Counted from the stretch's first letter, positions 13,128 to 27,851 are shown. The stretch: DNA of 64,000 nucleotides from Octopus sinensis (GCF_006345805.1 NC_043000.1:2418001-2482000), one strand, 5' to 3'. Made by a program: numbers and translations. Notes: generated by a model not told the origin, from the letters alone.

Positions 13128-15820
13128 TGCACACACAACACTCCCTCTCTTCTTTCTCCTCTATCTATGATTCTTTCTTATAAATGAGTGTGTGTAGCAT
13201 TCATTTACTCATTGCCTGCCATCAAGCCTAATATTTTCATTCATTTTGTATCTCTTATGTTAACTCTCTCTCTGTATCTCTGTTTTACTCTCTCTCTCTC
13301 TTTCTCTCTTCCCACCTCTACATACAATGTAGAGCATGATGGAAAAAAATCAACCAGCCAACTCACTCACCCACCAATGTTTATATTGGCTATTATTACA
13401 TAGAGATTGCATTAAGATACTCACTGTAACTAATAACCAACATCATTACCACTGCTCTTCCACATATACCATCATTCTCATCATCATCATCATCAACGTC
13501 ATCACATGTCCACTTGTTCAGCACCAACAATAGCTTCACCACAACCATATCTCCACCGTTACTGTCACCACCACCACCTCACTATCACCGTCTTGATCAC
13601 CACAACAATATTTGTTAGGTCTTTGGTGCTTCAAGAGTTTTCACTTTTGTCAAAACTCTCTCCTGAAAACAACACTCCAAATAAAAATCTCACGAATGAA
13701 AATATTTTCATACCCAGCTTTAAACAACAATGCCAGTCTCAGGGCTTCATACACCACATTAAACCCAGAAACTAGGCCTGATTCCCCTTTAGGAAAATCA
13801 AAAGGCACTCAGTGGGTTTCTGTAGAAGAAAGTTCAAAAGAAAGCTACTAATAGACCTTTGCCTTTCATCCTTTTAGCCTCAATGAAATAAATATGCATT
13901 GGGGGTTGAGGTAATCAACTATTCCCCTCCCCCCAAAATCTCAGGCCTTGTGTCTATAGTAGAAAGGATTATTGTTTACCATTGAAGGAATCGTTAGCAC
14001 ATCGGGCAAATGCTTTGTGGCATTTCATCCATTTTTGTTCTGAGTTCGAATTCCACCAGGGTTAACCTTGCCTTTCATCCTTTTGGGGCCAATAGAATAA
14101 GTACCTGTTAAGCACTAGGATTGATGTAATTGGCCTATCCCCTTCCACAAAATTGCTGGCATTGTACCAGAATTTGAGAACATTATTATTGTTTACCATT
14201 GAAGGTGATGAGCTGCCAGAATCTTTAGCATGCTCAGCAAAATGCTTAGCAGCATTTCGTCTGTCTTTACATTCTGAGTTCAAATTACACCATGGTCCAC
14301 TTGGCCTCTCATCCCTTCAGGGTTGAAAAAATAACTACCAGTTGAATACTGGGGTCAGTGTAATCAACTTAACCCTTTCTTGCAAAATTAATGGCCTTGA
14401 ACCAAAATATAAAATCAGTATTATTGTTTACCATGCCTTTTTTTTTTTATCTTTGTAACCCCTTCTGTGTGACCCACATAGGTGGACCATCACAGCAGCA
14501 TTGTAGGCCCCTGGGTAAGTCACTGTACTGGGCCTTATAGTGTTTTTCCATAGACAGCAAACCACATAACATACATAGATGAAATTGGGTCCCTGGACAT
14601 GTGGAGTCCCTGGGCAACCCCACAGTGTGCCTTTGTCTTAAGATGGCACTGCCACACAGTTCTTCTACATTGACTTTGCAAGTTCCTTCATCTGTCACCC
14701 TTGTGGCAAATAAAAAATATTACTATTGATACTATTATAATGGTTATTATTCTTATTCTAATCACTATCATCATTATTATTTTTATCATCGTCATCATCT
14801 ATCTTGCCCTGTCCCAAGCCTTCCCACTCACCCTCATCAAACCCTTTCTGCTGACTTCTGTGTTTAATTACCCCGTTTTTTCATAGGAAATGCTTCTTTC
14901 TGAACAATTCAAAGGCTTTCTCGTCTACATGGCGCTCTAGTTTTCCTCGCATAAAAAATAAAAATATCGTTTGATGTATGTTCCAAGGTATACACACATA
15001 CATTCATATAAATTATATATGCACATGCACAAACACACACACGCATGCACTCACACACACATCCTTACTGTGCTACAAATATCATCATCATCATAATCAT
15101 GATTTTGATAAAAGGAAGCAACATCCATTTTATTGCTGTTTTATAATTTGCATGTTCGTTTATTAATTTCTGCATTAGTCCATGGTTTTGATTTTGTGTT
15201 TTTTTTTTTTATTAATTTTTCTCCATTCTTCGTTTAACCCCTGCTGACATGGAAAAAACAAATGTTAAAATAACGATAATGTCTGTTACAACACATTCGC
15301 ACACACTACCACGTACAATTATATACATACACACATGTATACATGTATACATCATAAACATATGCATACATTTGTATATACATATATATATATGTAGGCA
15401 TATAAATATTCATACATATATAGTCATATATAAATATACATATAAAGACATATATAGTCATATATATATATATACACACTCACACTTGTGAGTGCGGTTT
15501 ATTTGTCTGATATAGTATTATATGTTCAGTTTGTTATTTGCTGTTAAATATGATAGCCTCATCTCCAAATAACCATTCTTTTTTAGACCTTTTATGAAAC
15601 AATAGTGGTTAGTTGATATAATTGATGAAAACCCCTGAATGCAGTGCTACTCCATGGCCTCAAACTAAAACTAGTAAAATAACAGAATAGTAATTTATGA
15701 TTCTAAAGAGCCCCTGTTGAAAACATGATTTTCTTAATAGTCAGTGTATTTAATAGTCAACCAAAGAGTGAACTACAATATCTGTATGTGTATGTGTTTA
15801 GATATGTGTGCATGTATGTG

Positions 15821-15861
<41 letters not shown>

Positions 15862-15885
15862 TTATTTATTATTCATTTATTCATG

Positions 15886-15971
15886 TGCAGCTGAAGATGG
15901 CACTGCATTTAAATTGATGTAATGATTGCATTGTTCAATTAAATGGAGCCGCTTGAAACGGTTATACTGCA
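15886..15971 (+). ncRNA. Degenerate minimal hammerhead (Penelope-like relic, element ~15875-16090)
   Basis: TGCAG-CTGAAGA-[long stem catttaaattga/tcaattaaatg]-GAAA-CGGTT-ATA-CTGCA. Stem I is perfect; stem III and the base of stem II are mutated. Confidence 0.6.
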
Positions 15972-16186
15972 TCACCCCTTGATGTTCTGTTGCTTATTTT
16001 CATTTTATTCACCTTACTCCCAGCTGTGCAGATAATACCGGACTGACTTGGTGCTTCAACTTAAGTATCTAATTCCACAGAATCTCAACAATTACTTCTT
16101 ATATATATATACATATATAATAAATATTAGGGAATAAATCCAAATTTTGTCTCTAATTAATATTATATATATATATATATATATAT

Positions 16187-16487
16187 CACCGTGACCGACC
16201 AGGCCATCAGATGTTGTTACACATCGCTGGTCACAATGCGCTTTGCATTGTTTTAGCCTTTAAATGACGCCACCCCGCTGGCTAAAGGAGCAGGCCAACA
16301 GAAGAAAGAGTGAGAGAAAGGTGTGGCGAAAGAGTACAGCAGAGATCGCCACCACCCCCTGCTGGAACCTCGTGGAGCTTTAGGTGCTTTTGCTCAATAA
16401 ACACTCACAACGCCCAGTCTGGGAATCGAAACCGCGATCCTACGACCGCGAGTCCGCTGCCCTAACCACTGGGCCATAGCGCCTCCA
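16187..16487 (-). mobile_element. tRNA-derived SINE, family A relative with a different 3' half
   Basis: Head GGAGGCGCTATGGCCCAGTGGTTAGGG..GGTTTCGATTCC; inserted in (TA)n. Confidence 0.8.
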
Positions 16488-17697
16488 ATATATATATATA
16501 AATTATATAAATAAGGATAAGATTGATATTTAAATATCGAACTTATCAAGAGGCCAGCATGAGTTCAAATTCCACCAGGGTTAACTTTGCCTTTCATCCT
16601 TTTGGAGCCAATAGAATAAGTACCTGTTAAGCACTGGGATTGATGTAATATATATATATTAGAAGGTTTGGAGATGATGTACAGGTATTTTATATTAGAA
16701 AAAATGCCAGCGCCGCCCCGACTGGCTTCTGTGCCGGTGGCACATAAAAAGCACCATCCGAACGTGGCCGATGCCAGCGCTGCCCCGACTGGCTCCTGTG
16801 CCAGTGGCACATAAAAAGACCATCCGAATGTTGCCAGCGCCGCCTTTGCTAGCTTCCGTGCCGCTGGCACGTTAAAAGCTCCAACCGATTGTGACCGATA
16901 TCGGACCCCCCCTGGCACCTGTGCAGGTGGCACATAAAAAGCACCCACTACACTCGCGGAATGGTTGACGTTAGGAAGGGAATCCAGCCGTAGAAACTCT
17001 GCCAGATCAGACTGGAGCCTGGAGCAGCCCCTGGCCTCCCAGACCCCGGTCGAACCGTCCAACCCGTGCTAGCGCGGAAAACGGACGTTAAACGATGATG
17101 ATGATGATGATGAAGTACTCAGAAATTCGGATGGTTTTATATTTACAGATATTTATTAGTATGTTACATGTTTTTTATACATCATATATTATATATTAAC
17201 GCTTTCATCCATTCTAGTGGAGTCTTCAAATTGAAAGTGTGTGTATGTATATTGAGGGATTACCAATTCAGGCAGAATACTTTATAAGTTCTCTGTTAGT
17301 ACACCAGGTTAACAGTATTGTTTGGATTAGTAAAAAACTCCACATACAACCATAACAAAATGACTGACAAAAGTTGCATTGATTCTCTAGGTCATTCGAT
17401 TTTTCTTGACTGATCAATGGACTGTGTAAATCAATCAATAACAAACCTCTAATGACTACTGGAAACAGCTGTGAGTCAAATTTACTCCAGTAAAAAATAT
17501 GTAATGACAATTATTTATGGCTTGTAGGTGCAGGAGTGGCTGTGTGGTAAGTGGCTTGCTTACCAACCACATGGTTCTGGGTTCATTCCCACTGCATGGC
17601 ATCTTGGGCAAGTGTCTTCTACTATAGCCTTGGGCCGACCAAAGCCTTGTGAGTGAACAGGGACAGAAAGAAGCCCGTTGTATATATATATATATAC

Positions 17698-17744
<47 letters not shown>

Positions 17745-18186
17745 ATATAAATAAATATATATATAATTTGTGTGTGTGTGTGTGTGTATGTTTGTGAGTC
17801 TGTGTTTGTCACCCCAGCATAGCTTGACAACCGATGCTGGTGTGTTTACGTCCCTGTAACTTAGCAGTTCGGCAAAAGAGAACGGTAGAATAAGTGCTAG
17901 GGTTCCAAAGAATAAGTCCTGGGGTCGATTTGCTCAACTAAAAGGTGGTGCTCCAGCATGGCCACAGTCAAATGACTGAAACGAGTAAAAGAGAGTATAT
18001 ATATATATGTATGTATATCATTGTTATTGCTTTAATGTCCATCTTTCCATGCTTGCATAGGCCGGATGGAATTTGTTGTGGATTTGCTACAATGTGCTGT
18101 GTTCTTGAGCAAGACACTTCATTTCACATTGCTCCAGTCCTATCAAGTGGCCACAGGAAGAGAATCCTAATGTAGAAAACTTGCTT

Positions 18187-18413
18187 TAACCCTTTAGTGT
18201 TCACATTATTCTGCCAAAATTAATGCTTCTTCATCCACATTGTTTTGAACTAATCATACATTATCTTGTAGCTATGAGATTTTGATGAGGTAGCTGTTAA
18301 TTTTTAAAACGATATTGTAGGGTTGGTGTGAGAGACCAGATCTGGCCAGTTTGAACATAAAACAGGCAGAATACTTTTGGCCGGATATGGCCGGTTTAAA
18401 TGCTAAAGGGTTT
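18187..18413. mobile_element. TTAA-flanked MITE (piggyBac-like termini); relative at ~32135-32359
   Basis: ttaaCCCTTTAG..CTAAAGGGtt terminal inverted repeats. Confidence 0.7.
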
Positions 18414-19079
18414 ATAAGTTTTGTATGACATGACATATGCCAGCTTGGAAAAGTGAACATTAGAATGATGATGATGATGATGATGAAAATGAACAAACAT
18501 ATATTTATATGCATGTGTATGTGTGAGTGTATGTGTATGTATAAGTATCCCTGTGTGTGTGTGTGTGTGTGTTCATGTTTGTGTGCATGTATGTGCGCGC
18601 ACGCACACATACACATATGCACAAATGGAGTGAGTCGGTGTACTTCTGCAGCTGCAGTCGGGTTATTGCAGTTGCGTAAAATGTTGCTAGATTTTGTTTG
18701 TAGTTGGATATTTGTGAGCCTATATTATCCAAACAGCCATAACTGGTTTTCATAGATTTTATTTTTTTTTAAATAATGTTTTATGGTATTTGTGTGATAC
18801 ATGGAAATGTGTACTTATCAGTGAAAGGAAGAAGTTCTTTGGACAATGTTTGTGGACGCGTGGACGCTATATGGGATTATGTCACATAATAATTCCTGTT
18901 TTATATGTTTGCTGTGTTTTTTTGTCTCTGTTGTTCTATGTACATAAGTTTCTCTTTGAAATTATATCTCTTGCTCAGCTTTTGTTGTTGCTGTTGTTGT
19001 TAAAGGCAGCTGTATTAAATATTTTCCCATGTAATGATAAGTTTGATATTTGTTGACTAATGTCATCTGTATTTATGTG

Positions 19080-20669
19080 TGCGCATACTTACACACAGAC
19101 ACAAACACATTCATGCTTGCACACACATACACACACTCATACTTGAACACATACACACACACACACACAAGGCCATATCCTTATTAATGTTGTTTTAACG
19201 TCTACTTTCTCCATGCTTGCATGAGTCAGACAGAATTCATAAAAGCAGATTTTCAACAGCTGGGTATCCTCTTGTTGCCAACCCCCATCTGTTTCCAAGC
19301 AAAGTAGCTGGGCAGGTTTCTATGAAAAACTTGAAACAAAGGACTCTGTTTTTACGATGGAACATTTTATTCTTTTATTCTTTTACTTGTTTCAGTCATT
19401 TGATTGTGGCCATGCTGGAGCACTGCCTTATAGGATTTTTTTAGTCGAAAAAATCGACCCCAGGACTTATTCTTTGTAAGCCTTGTACTTATTCGATCGG
19501 TCTCTTTTACTGAACCGCTAAGTTACTGGGATCTAAACACACTAACATCAGTTGTCAAGTGATGGTGAGGGACAAACGCAGACACAAACACACACACACA
19601 CACAAGGCCATATCCTTATCAATGTTGTTTTAACGTCTACTTTCTCCATGCTTGCATGAGTCAGACAAAATTCATAAAAGCAGATTTTCAACAGCTGGGT
19701 ATCCCTTTTTGCCAAACCCCATCTGTTTCCAAGCAAGGTAATATTTTCTTGTGGCGGCAAGCTGGCAGAAACGTTAGTGTGCCAGGAGAAATGCTTAGCG
19801 GTATTTCGCCTGCTGCTACGTTCTGAGTTCAAATTCCACTGAGGTCGACTTTGCCATTCATCCTTTCGGGATCGATTGAATAACTACTGGTTACGCACTG
19901 GGGTCGATATAATCGACTTAATCCGTTTGTCCTCTCTGTGTTTGTCCTCCCTTGTGGGTAGTAAAGAAATAGGTAATATTTTCTCATGGCTGGGCAGGAT
20001 TCTATGAAAAAGCTTGAAACAAAGGACTCTGCTTTTATGGTGGAACATTTTATTCTTTTATTCTTTTACTTGTTTCAGTCATTTGACTGTGGCCATGCTG
20101 GAGCACTGCCTTAAAGGAATTTTTTAGTTGAAAAAATTGACCCCAGGACTTATTCTTTGTAAGCCTCGTACTTTTTCTACCGGTCTCTTTTACTGAACCG
20201 CTAAGTTATTGGGATTTAAACACATCAACATCAGTTGTCAAGTGATGGTGAGGGACAAACGCAGACACACACACACACACACGACAGGCTTTTTTCACTT
20301 TCTCTCTATCAAATCCACTAACAAGGCTTTGGTTGGCCTGAGGCTATAGTAGAAGACATTTGTCCAAGGTTCCATGCAGAAGGGTTGAACCTGGAACCAT
20401 ATGGTTGGGAATCAGGCTTCTGACCACAACAGCCACACCTGTTCCTTTGTTTGTGACTAAAAGAATAAAATGTTCCATCATAAAAGCAGAGTCCTTTGTT
20501 TCAAGTTTTTCATAGAAACCTGCCCAGCTACTTTGCTTGGAAACAGAAGGGGGTTGGCAACAAGAGGATACCCAGCTGTTGAAAATCTGCTTTTATGAAT
20601 TCTGTCTGACTCATGCAAGCATGGAGAAAGTAGACGTTAAAACAACATTAATAAGGATATGGCCTTGTT

Positions 20670-20737
<68 letters not shown>

Positions 20738-20790
20738 TGCGTGTGCACATGTATAAATGTGTGTCTGTGTGTGTGTGCAAGTATGAGTAA
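19080..20790. repeat. Direct plus inverted duplication complex
   Basis: ~19150-19600 is repeated at ~19590-20280 with a SINE-B inserted. ~19080-19378 recurs inverted at ~20457-20790. Confidence 0.85.
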
Positions 20791-22423
20791 ATGTATGTCT
20801 GTGTATAAGTATGAATGTGTTTGTGTCAGTAAGTGTGCATGCACATGATAACAAGACAAAGAGACACACACACATGCACATGCTTGCACTCACATATACA
20901 CACACACCTACATGCTGGCACTCACATACACACATGAACACACACATGTACATATATGACAAGTTTCTTTCAGTTGCTGTCTACCAAATTCATTCACAAG
21001 GTTTTATTCAGTCTGGGGCTATAATAGAGGGCAGTTGTTTAAGGTGTCACACTGTGGGACTGAACCCAAACCCATAATGTTGGGAAGCAAACTTCTTAAC
21101 CACACAGCCATGCCTGTGTTTTTATCCATTCCTGCACCCATAAATATTAAGTATTAATATTGATTGTTTCTAGGGTGGCAAGCTGCTAAAATCGTTAGTA
21201 TGCTGGGTAAAATGCTTATGTTTATGTTCTGAGTTCAAATTCCCCCAAAATTGGCTTTGCTTTTTTTCTTTTCAGGGCTGATAAAATAAGTACCAATTGA
21301 GCACTGGGGTTGATGTAAGTGACTTATCCCTTCCCTGAAATTGCTGGCCCTGTGCCAAAGCTTGAAATCAATATTAATTGTTTCGAACAAAGTGCAAGGC
21401 CAGAATTTTGAGGGGTAGGCTTAGTGGATACCATTATCTCCAGTATTGACTACTACATTAGATTTAGTGGCCAGAAGCTGACAGAACCCTCTGTCTGTTT
21501 GTGCTTTCTCATCTTTTCATTGTTGGGTAGTTGTAAATGAGTGTCACTGTCATACAAGTGGTGTCATACATTTCTGATCACCCACAGAAATAGAGAAATA
21601 TTACATTGCTTGGAAACAAAATGAATTGCTTGGTGACAGGAAGGGTATCTATCTATAAAAAATCTGCCTTAACAGACACTGTCTGACACGTATGAGCATG
21701 TAAAAGTGAACATTAAAATGATGATAAAATCATCATCATAATCATCATCGTTTAAAGTCCACTTTCCATGCTAGCATGGGTTGGACAATTTGACTGAGGA
21801 CTGGCGAACCAGATGGCTGCACCAGGCTCCAATCTTGATCTGGCAGAGTTTCTACACTTGGTAAAGGCATGCACCTCACAACTTTCATTTACACCTCCCT
21901 AAAAGTTATTAGATTCATGCCTACTTGGGAACGATAATAACAGGAAGCAACACCTGATATATTCTGATAATCTTATCAGACATTGATAGGCCTCTGAGTG
22001 TATAACATTTGCAACTGTCTTCAGGAGAGTTGTTAAGATTTTGTTTGATAAATGTTCATTTTACTAACCCTTCTAGGATGACTGGACTGATTTATTGGTC
22101 TACCATTTTTGTGACAGAGAGAAAACAAAGTAAATAGCTTCAAGAATGTGTGTGAAGGCGCATGGCTCAGTGGTTAGAGTGTCAAGCTTACGATCGTGAG
22201 GTTGTGAGTTTGAATTCCGGACCGGGCTGCATGTTGTGTTCTTGAGCAAGACACTTTATTTCACGTTGCTCCAGTTCACTCAGCTGTAGAAATGAGTTGT
22301 GACATCACAGGTGCCAAGCTGTATTGGCAGTTGCCTTTCCCTTGGATAACATATATATATATGTATATATATATATTTCATTAATGGGAGAGACAGAAGA
22401 GGGCAGATACGAGAATGTTTATT

Positions 22424-22528
22424 GATCACTACAATTGTTTCAACCCATCTTTTGTCTCTCTCATTAATCAAATACCCAACAAACACTGTGAAAATGAACA
22501 TGCTTTACCATTAAGTTATCAGGTGTAT
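22424..22528 (-). ncRNA. Degenerate hammerhead relic
   Basis: Minus strand: cac-CTGATAA..GAAA-CAATTG-TA^gtgatc-AATAAA. Palindromic stem III and GUA site are intact; the core G is mutated. Embedded between (TA)n runs. Confidence 0.5.
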
Positions 22529-23626
22529 ACTTTACAATCTATTATCTAATATATATATATATCATCATCATCATCATCATCGTTTAACGTCCGTTCTCCA
22601 TGCTAGCATGGGTTGGACGGTTCGACCGGGGATCTGGGAAGCCAGAAGGCTGCACCAGGCTCAGGTCTTATCTGGCAATGTTTCTACAGTTGGATGCCCT
22701 TCCTAACGCCAACCACTCCGTGAGTGTAGTGGGTGCTTTTTACGTGGCACCTGCACTGGTGCCAGGCGAGGCTGGCATCGGCCACGGTCGGATTGGTGCA
22801 TTTTACGTGCCACCGGCACGGAAGCCCGTCGAGGCGGCACTGGCTTCGGCCACGATTCGGATGGTGCTTTTTACGTGCCACCGACACGGAAGCCAGTCGA
22901 GGCGGCGCTGGCATCGGCCACGATTCGGATAGTATATATATATATATATATATACACACATAAATATGTATATATACATATGTATGCTATATACACATAC
23001 ATACATACACATATATATATATATATATGTAAGCTCCTACCATCTTACATCATCTCAGAGATATAACTCTTGACATTTTTGCTCAATTCACCTCCCATAG
23101 ATTTGTTTCATCCTTTTTCATAACACAAACTAACTGGATGTCATTTTTCACCTCCAATAACAGAGAGCAGTTGCCATATTTTTTCTGGACGTGCCAGCTC
23201 TGAAGAACACAATATTATTTAACCGTGCTGTTATCCACCTTCTGTTTTTAATACCAGTGCAAAACTGCTTGATAAGATCAGTTGTAATGGATCTATAATA
23301 CTGTACATTTTGATTAATGCGCGCGTGTGTGTGTGTGTATGCATGTGTGTATATGTGTGTACACACACACACACACACACTTTTCTTTGTTTATGGTGAT
23401 TTAAATATTTTTGACTTTTAAAGAAATTTGTGAAAATGGATCCCTTCTTAGTGTAGAAATATTTGTTGTCTTCTTTAAAAGATTAAGATCCAGATTAAAA
23501 AAGATTACAACTGACTGTTGTTTCAATTAAATTTTCCATTAATTTGAAACCTTAATAATAATATCCATTTATACAATTTTTGTCTAATGTATTTGTTCTT
23601 TTTTTTCATTTTCAAAATTCATCCAG

Positions 23627-23692
23627 TTCTCCAAGGAACCCTCACCAAAAACTCGTGAAACGAATCATTGCTCTTGAAGGAGACAACATTCG
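23627..23692 (+). CDS. IMMP2L: Internal coding exon of mitochondrial inner membrane protease subunit 2 (peptidase S26), containing the catalytic Lys
   Basis: Pyrimidine tract + ccAG acceptor (23625-23626) and GTAAGT donor (23693). The 66-nt exon is phase 2/2 and translates SPRNPHQKLVKRIIALEGDNIR, matching recalled human IMMP2L [22 protein letters not shown]. Flanking exons were not found in the window. Confidence 0.92.
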
Positions 23693-26600
23693 GTAAGTTG
23701 TTTCAAGATTTCCCTGTGTTAATGATTATGTTGGGTGTTCTAATGACATCTTTATCCAATATGAACTATTGAATTTGTGGGATGACGTCAGCAGCTTGGG
23801 GAGCTGACCAGAACTTGGGGCTGACCGGAAGAGGAAGGGGGCAGCAGTGACACGCGCGCAGGCAGGGCAGCTTTGGGCCTTTTGGATCGAGGTAACCAAC
23901 AGAGTTGGATGGGTGAGCACGTTGTCAAGGTAGGGGAAAAGCAGCTGCTATTTCTAGCATTCGGGTTGGGCTGCGTGGAGGGGTGCATTACCACTGGAGA
24001 GGTCTCTGTCGATGAAGAGAAGGTAGGTGTCCTTATTTCAAATCTCCCGCATACACCACAGAATTATTGTGTTCGTAATGACTAACCTGCTTGTGGATTT
24101 GGGTGTATTAACGATGTATTTGTGAAGTTTCTTGGTGTAGGCATACTGCAATGACTTGCTGAGAAACTGACACAGCTGATTTGTTTATTGTGATCTAATG
24201 CTTAATTAATATCTATTTCTTTGCTACCCACAAGGGGCTAAACACAGAGGGGAAAAAACAAGGACAGACAAAGGGATTAAGTCGATTATATCGACCCCAG
24301 TGCGTAACTGGTAATTAATTTATTGGCCCCAGTGCATAACTGGTACTTAATTTATCGACCCCGAAAGGATAAAAGGCAAAGTCGACCTCAGCGGAATTTG
24401 TACTCAGAACGTAACGGCAGACGAAATACCTATTTCTTTATTACCCACAAGGGGCTAAACACGGAGGGGACAAACAAGGACAGACATAGGTATTAAGTCG
24501 ATTACATCGACCCCAGTGTATAACTGGTAATTAATTTATCGACCCCGAAAGGATGAAAGGCAAAGTCGACCTCGGCGGAATTTGAACTCGGAACGTAACG
24601 ACAGACGAAATACCGCTAAGCATTTCGCCCGGCATGCTAACGATTCTGCCAGCTTGCCACCTTTCTCAATCAAATTAATATTGCCATTGCAGGTACACAG
24701 TGTGCCACAAATCAGATTGTACAGAGGTTAGAGAGTAACATAAGATGAAGTGTCTTGCTCATAAACACAACACACACCCTGGTTCAAGAATCAATTCTGT
24801 GATCTTGAGTGCAACACCCACCAACCACTGAGCCATGCTTATATTAAATGTTTCAGTATTGAAGTGAGTGAAGAAATAATCATGGATCAAATTTGATCTT
24901 CATTTTCTGTGGATTTCATTATTATTTCTGATGGAACTTCATTTTTTCTCTTCTTTGTTCAGAATTTTCACATCTGATCTTTTAAAAATTATATTGTTAA
25001 CTGGATTGTGACACAGTAATGTGAGGCCAACAGGTGCCTTTGTAGTGAGAACCAGACATCAATACAGGGTTGAGGAACCATATGGGAACATGAGAATGTA
25101 GTAGTGTAGAAGCAGGTTAAGACACAGGGATCTGTTTTTACTAATTTCAGTCATTGGACTGCAGCCATGCTGGGGAAATCCCTTGAAGGATTTGATTGAA
25201 CAAAGCAACCCCAGTACCCACTATATTTCTTTTAAAGTCTAATACTTATCCTATGGGTCATTTTCACAAAACCTCTTAGTTACAGGGATGTAAACAAACC
25301 ACCACTAATTGTCAAATGGTGATGGGTAGGGGTACAAAAACCCAGACATACACACATATATGCATGTATGTGTGTGTGTATATATGTGTTATTGATGATT
25401 TCTTTTCCTTCTTCGGACTTTTCCCTTTCTCTGTTGAAGAAGCTATGCTTGAAACATCAAAAACTCTCTCTTTGTCTACTGAGTGTCAAACCAATACATT
25501 CCTTATGCACATCCTCTTGTTGTTTGTTATTGTTAATTTTATTGTTCCTTTATTCGAATTCATCATCATTATCATCGTTTAACGTCCGTTTTCCATGCTA
25601 GCACGGGTTGGACGGTTCGACCGGGGTCTGGGAAGCCTGGAGGCTGCACCAGGCTCCAGTCTGATCTGGCAGTGTTTCTACAGCTGGATGCCCTTCCTAA
25701 CGCCAACCACTCCGTGAGTGTAGTGGGTGCTTTTTATGTGCCACTGGCACAGGTGCCAGAGGAAGCTGGCAGCAGCCATGATCAGTTGGTGCTTTTTACA
25801 TGCCACCAGCACAGAAGCCAGTCAAGGCGGCGCTGGCATCGGCCACGTTCGGATGGTGCTTTTTACGTGCCACCGGCACAGGTATCACAACTACTATTTC
25901 CATTTGATATTTATTTTGATATTGATGTACTTGACTCAATAGGTCTCCTCAAGCACAGCTATATATATAAGTATATATATAAAGTCATAAATGATAGAGA
26001 AGTAGTTTGATGAAATTTTATTTAATAAAAGAAAATTCAAATATCATGACATTGCTTCGTAACTTAAAACATGCACAGGAGTGGCTGTGTGGTATGTAGC
26101 TTGCTTACCAACCACATGGTTCCGGGTTCAGTCCCACTGCGTGGCATCTTGGGCAAGTGTCTTCTACTATAGCCTCGGGCCAACCAAAGCCTTGTGAGTG
26201 GATTTTGTAGACGGAAACTGAAAGAAGCCCGTCGTATATATATATGTATATATATGTGTGTGTGTATGTTTGTGTGTCTGTGTTTGTCCCCCTAGCATTG
26301 CTTGACAACCGATGCTGGTGTGTTTACGTCCCCGTAACTTAGCGGTTCGGCAAAAGAGACCGATAGAATAAGTACTGGGCTTACAAAAAGAATAAGTCCT
26401 GGGGTCGATTTGCTCGACTAAAGGCGGTGCTCCAGCATGGCTGCAGTCAAATGACTGACACAAGTAAAAGAGTAAAAAGAGAGAGTATGTAGATAATTTA
26501 TATTATTATATTTAACAATAAATTACTTACATCATCATCATCATCATCATCGTTTAACGTCCGCTTTCCATGCTAGCATGGGTTGGATGGTTCAACTGGG

Positions 26601-27748
26601 GTCTGTGAAGCTGGAAGGCTTCGTCAGGCCCAGTCAGATCTGGCAGTGTTTCTACGGCTGGATGCCCTTCCTAACGCCAACCACTCCGTGAGTGTAGTGG
26701 GTGCTTTTTACGTGCCACCCACACAGGTGCCAGACAGAGCTGGCAAATGGCCACGAACGGATGGTGCTTTTACGTGTCACCGGCACGGGGGCCAGGCGAG
26801 GCTGGCAACGGACACGAACGGATGGTGCTTTTACGTGCCACCAACACGGGGGCCAGACAGAGTGTGTGCATTAATGTGTGTGCATTACATGTGTGCATTA
26901 ATGCAAAATGCAAAAAATCTTTGAAAATAATGCAGAAGTTATGTCCTCAGGTGAAAGAAAGTCTTTGTTAAATATTGTTGTAATATTTTAATTTTCTAAT
27001 TGTTAAAGAAAATTTCATCAAACTATATCCGGAGTTTATGACTTTATATTCTCCTTACCGTTTCCTTTGTATCTTATTATATATTCTATGATTTGGAGAG
27101 TGATACTTTAAAGAGCTTTTCATGAGTATTACTGGATTACTTAAATTCATATATTGTGACATTATATATATATATACATATATATATGGCTTCTGTGCTG
27201 GTGGCACATAAAATGCACCAACCAATCGTGGCCGATGCCAGACCCCTCTGGCACCTGTGCAGGTGGCACGTAAAAAGCACCCACTACACTCGCGGAGTGG
27301 TTGGCGTTAGGAAGGGCATCCAGCTGTAAAAACACTGCCAGATCAGACTGGAGCCTGGAGCAGCCAACCCATGCTAGCGCGGAAAACGGACGTTAAACGA
27401 TGATGATGATGATGATATATGAGATCCTCTTCGGTCATGAATGACCATGGGGCTGCACCTTGAAAGTTCCTCCCCCCCCCACCGGCACATGTTCGGGCAA
27501 GGTTGTTTATGGAAGACCAGCAGTCGCCCATGCATACCGGCCTCCCATCTCGATGCCACCAGTGTTATCCAAGGGAAAGGCAAAGACCGATACAGCTTGG
27601 CACCAGTGAGGCTGCAACTCATTTCTACAGCTGAGTGAACTGGAGCAACGTGAAATAAAGTGTCTTGCTCAAGAACACAACACGCAGCCCGGTCCGGAAT
27701 TCGAGCTCACAACCTCACGATCGTAAGCTCTGAGCCATGTGCCTTCAC

Positions 27749-27786
<38 letters not shown>

Positions 27787-27851
27787 GAGTGTATTTTAAC
27801 TTGTTAACAATTAACACGGATAAATGAATGAATAGTTAACTCCATTTTTTA

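Noticed and set aside
25425-25470. Possible hammerhead CTGTTGA-AGAAGCTATGCTT-GAAA-CATCA
   Set aside because: Core mutated and no convincing stem I or III; too weak to call.
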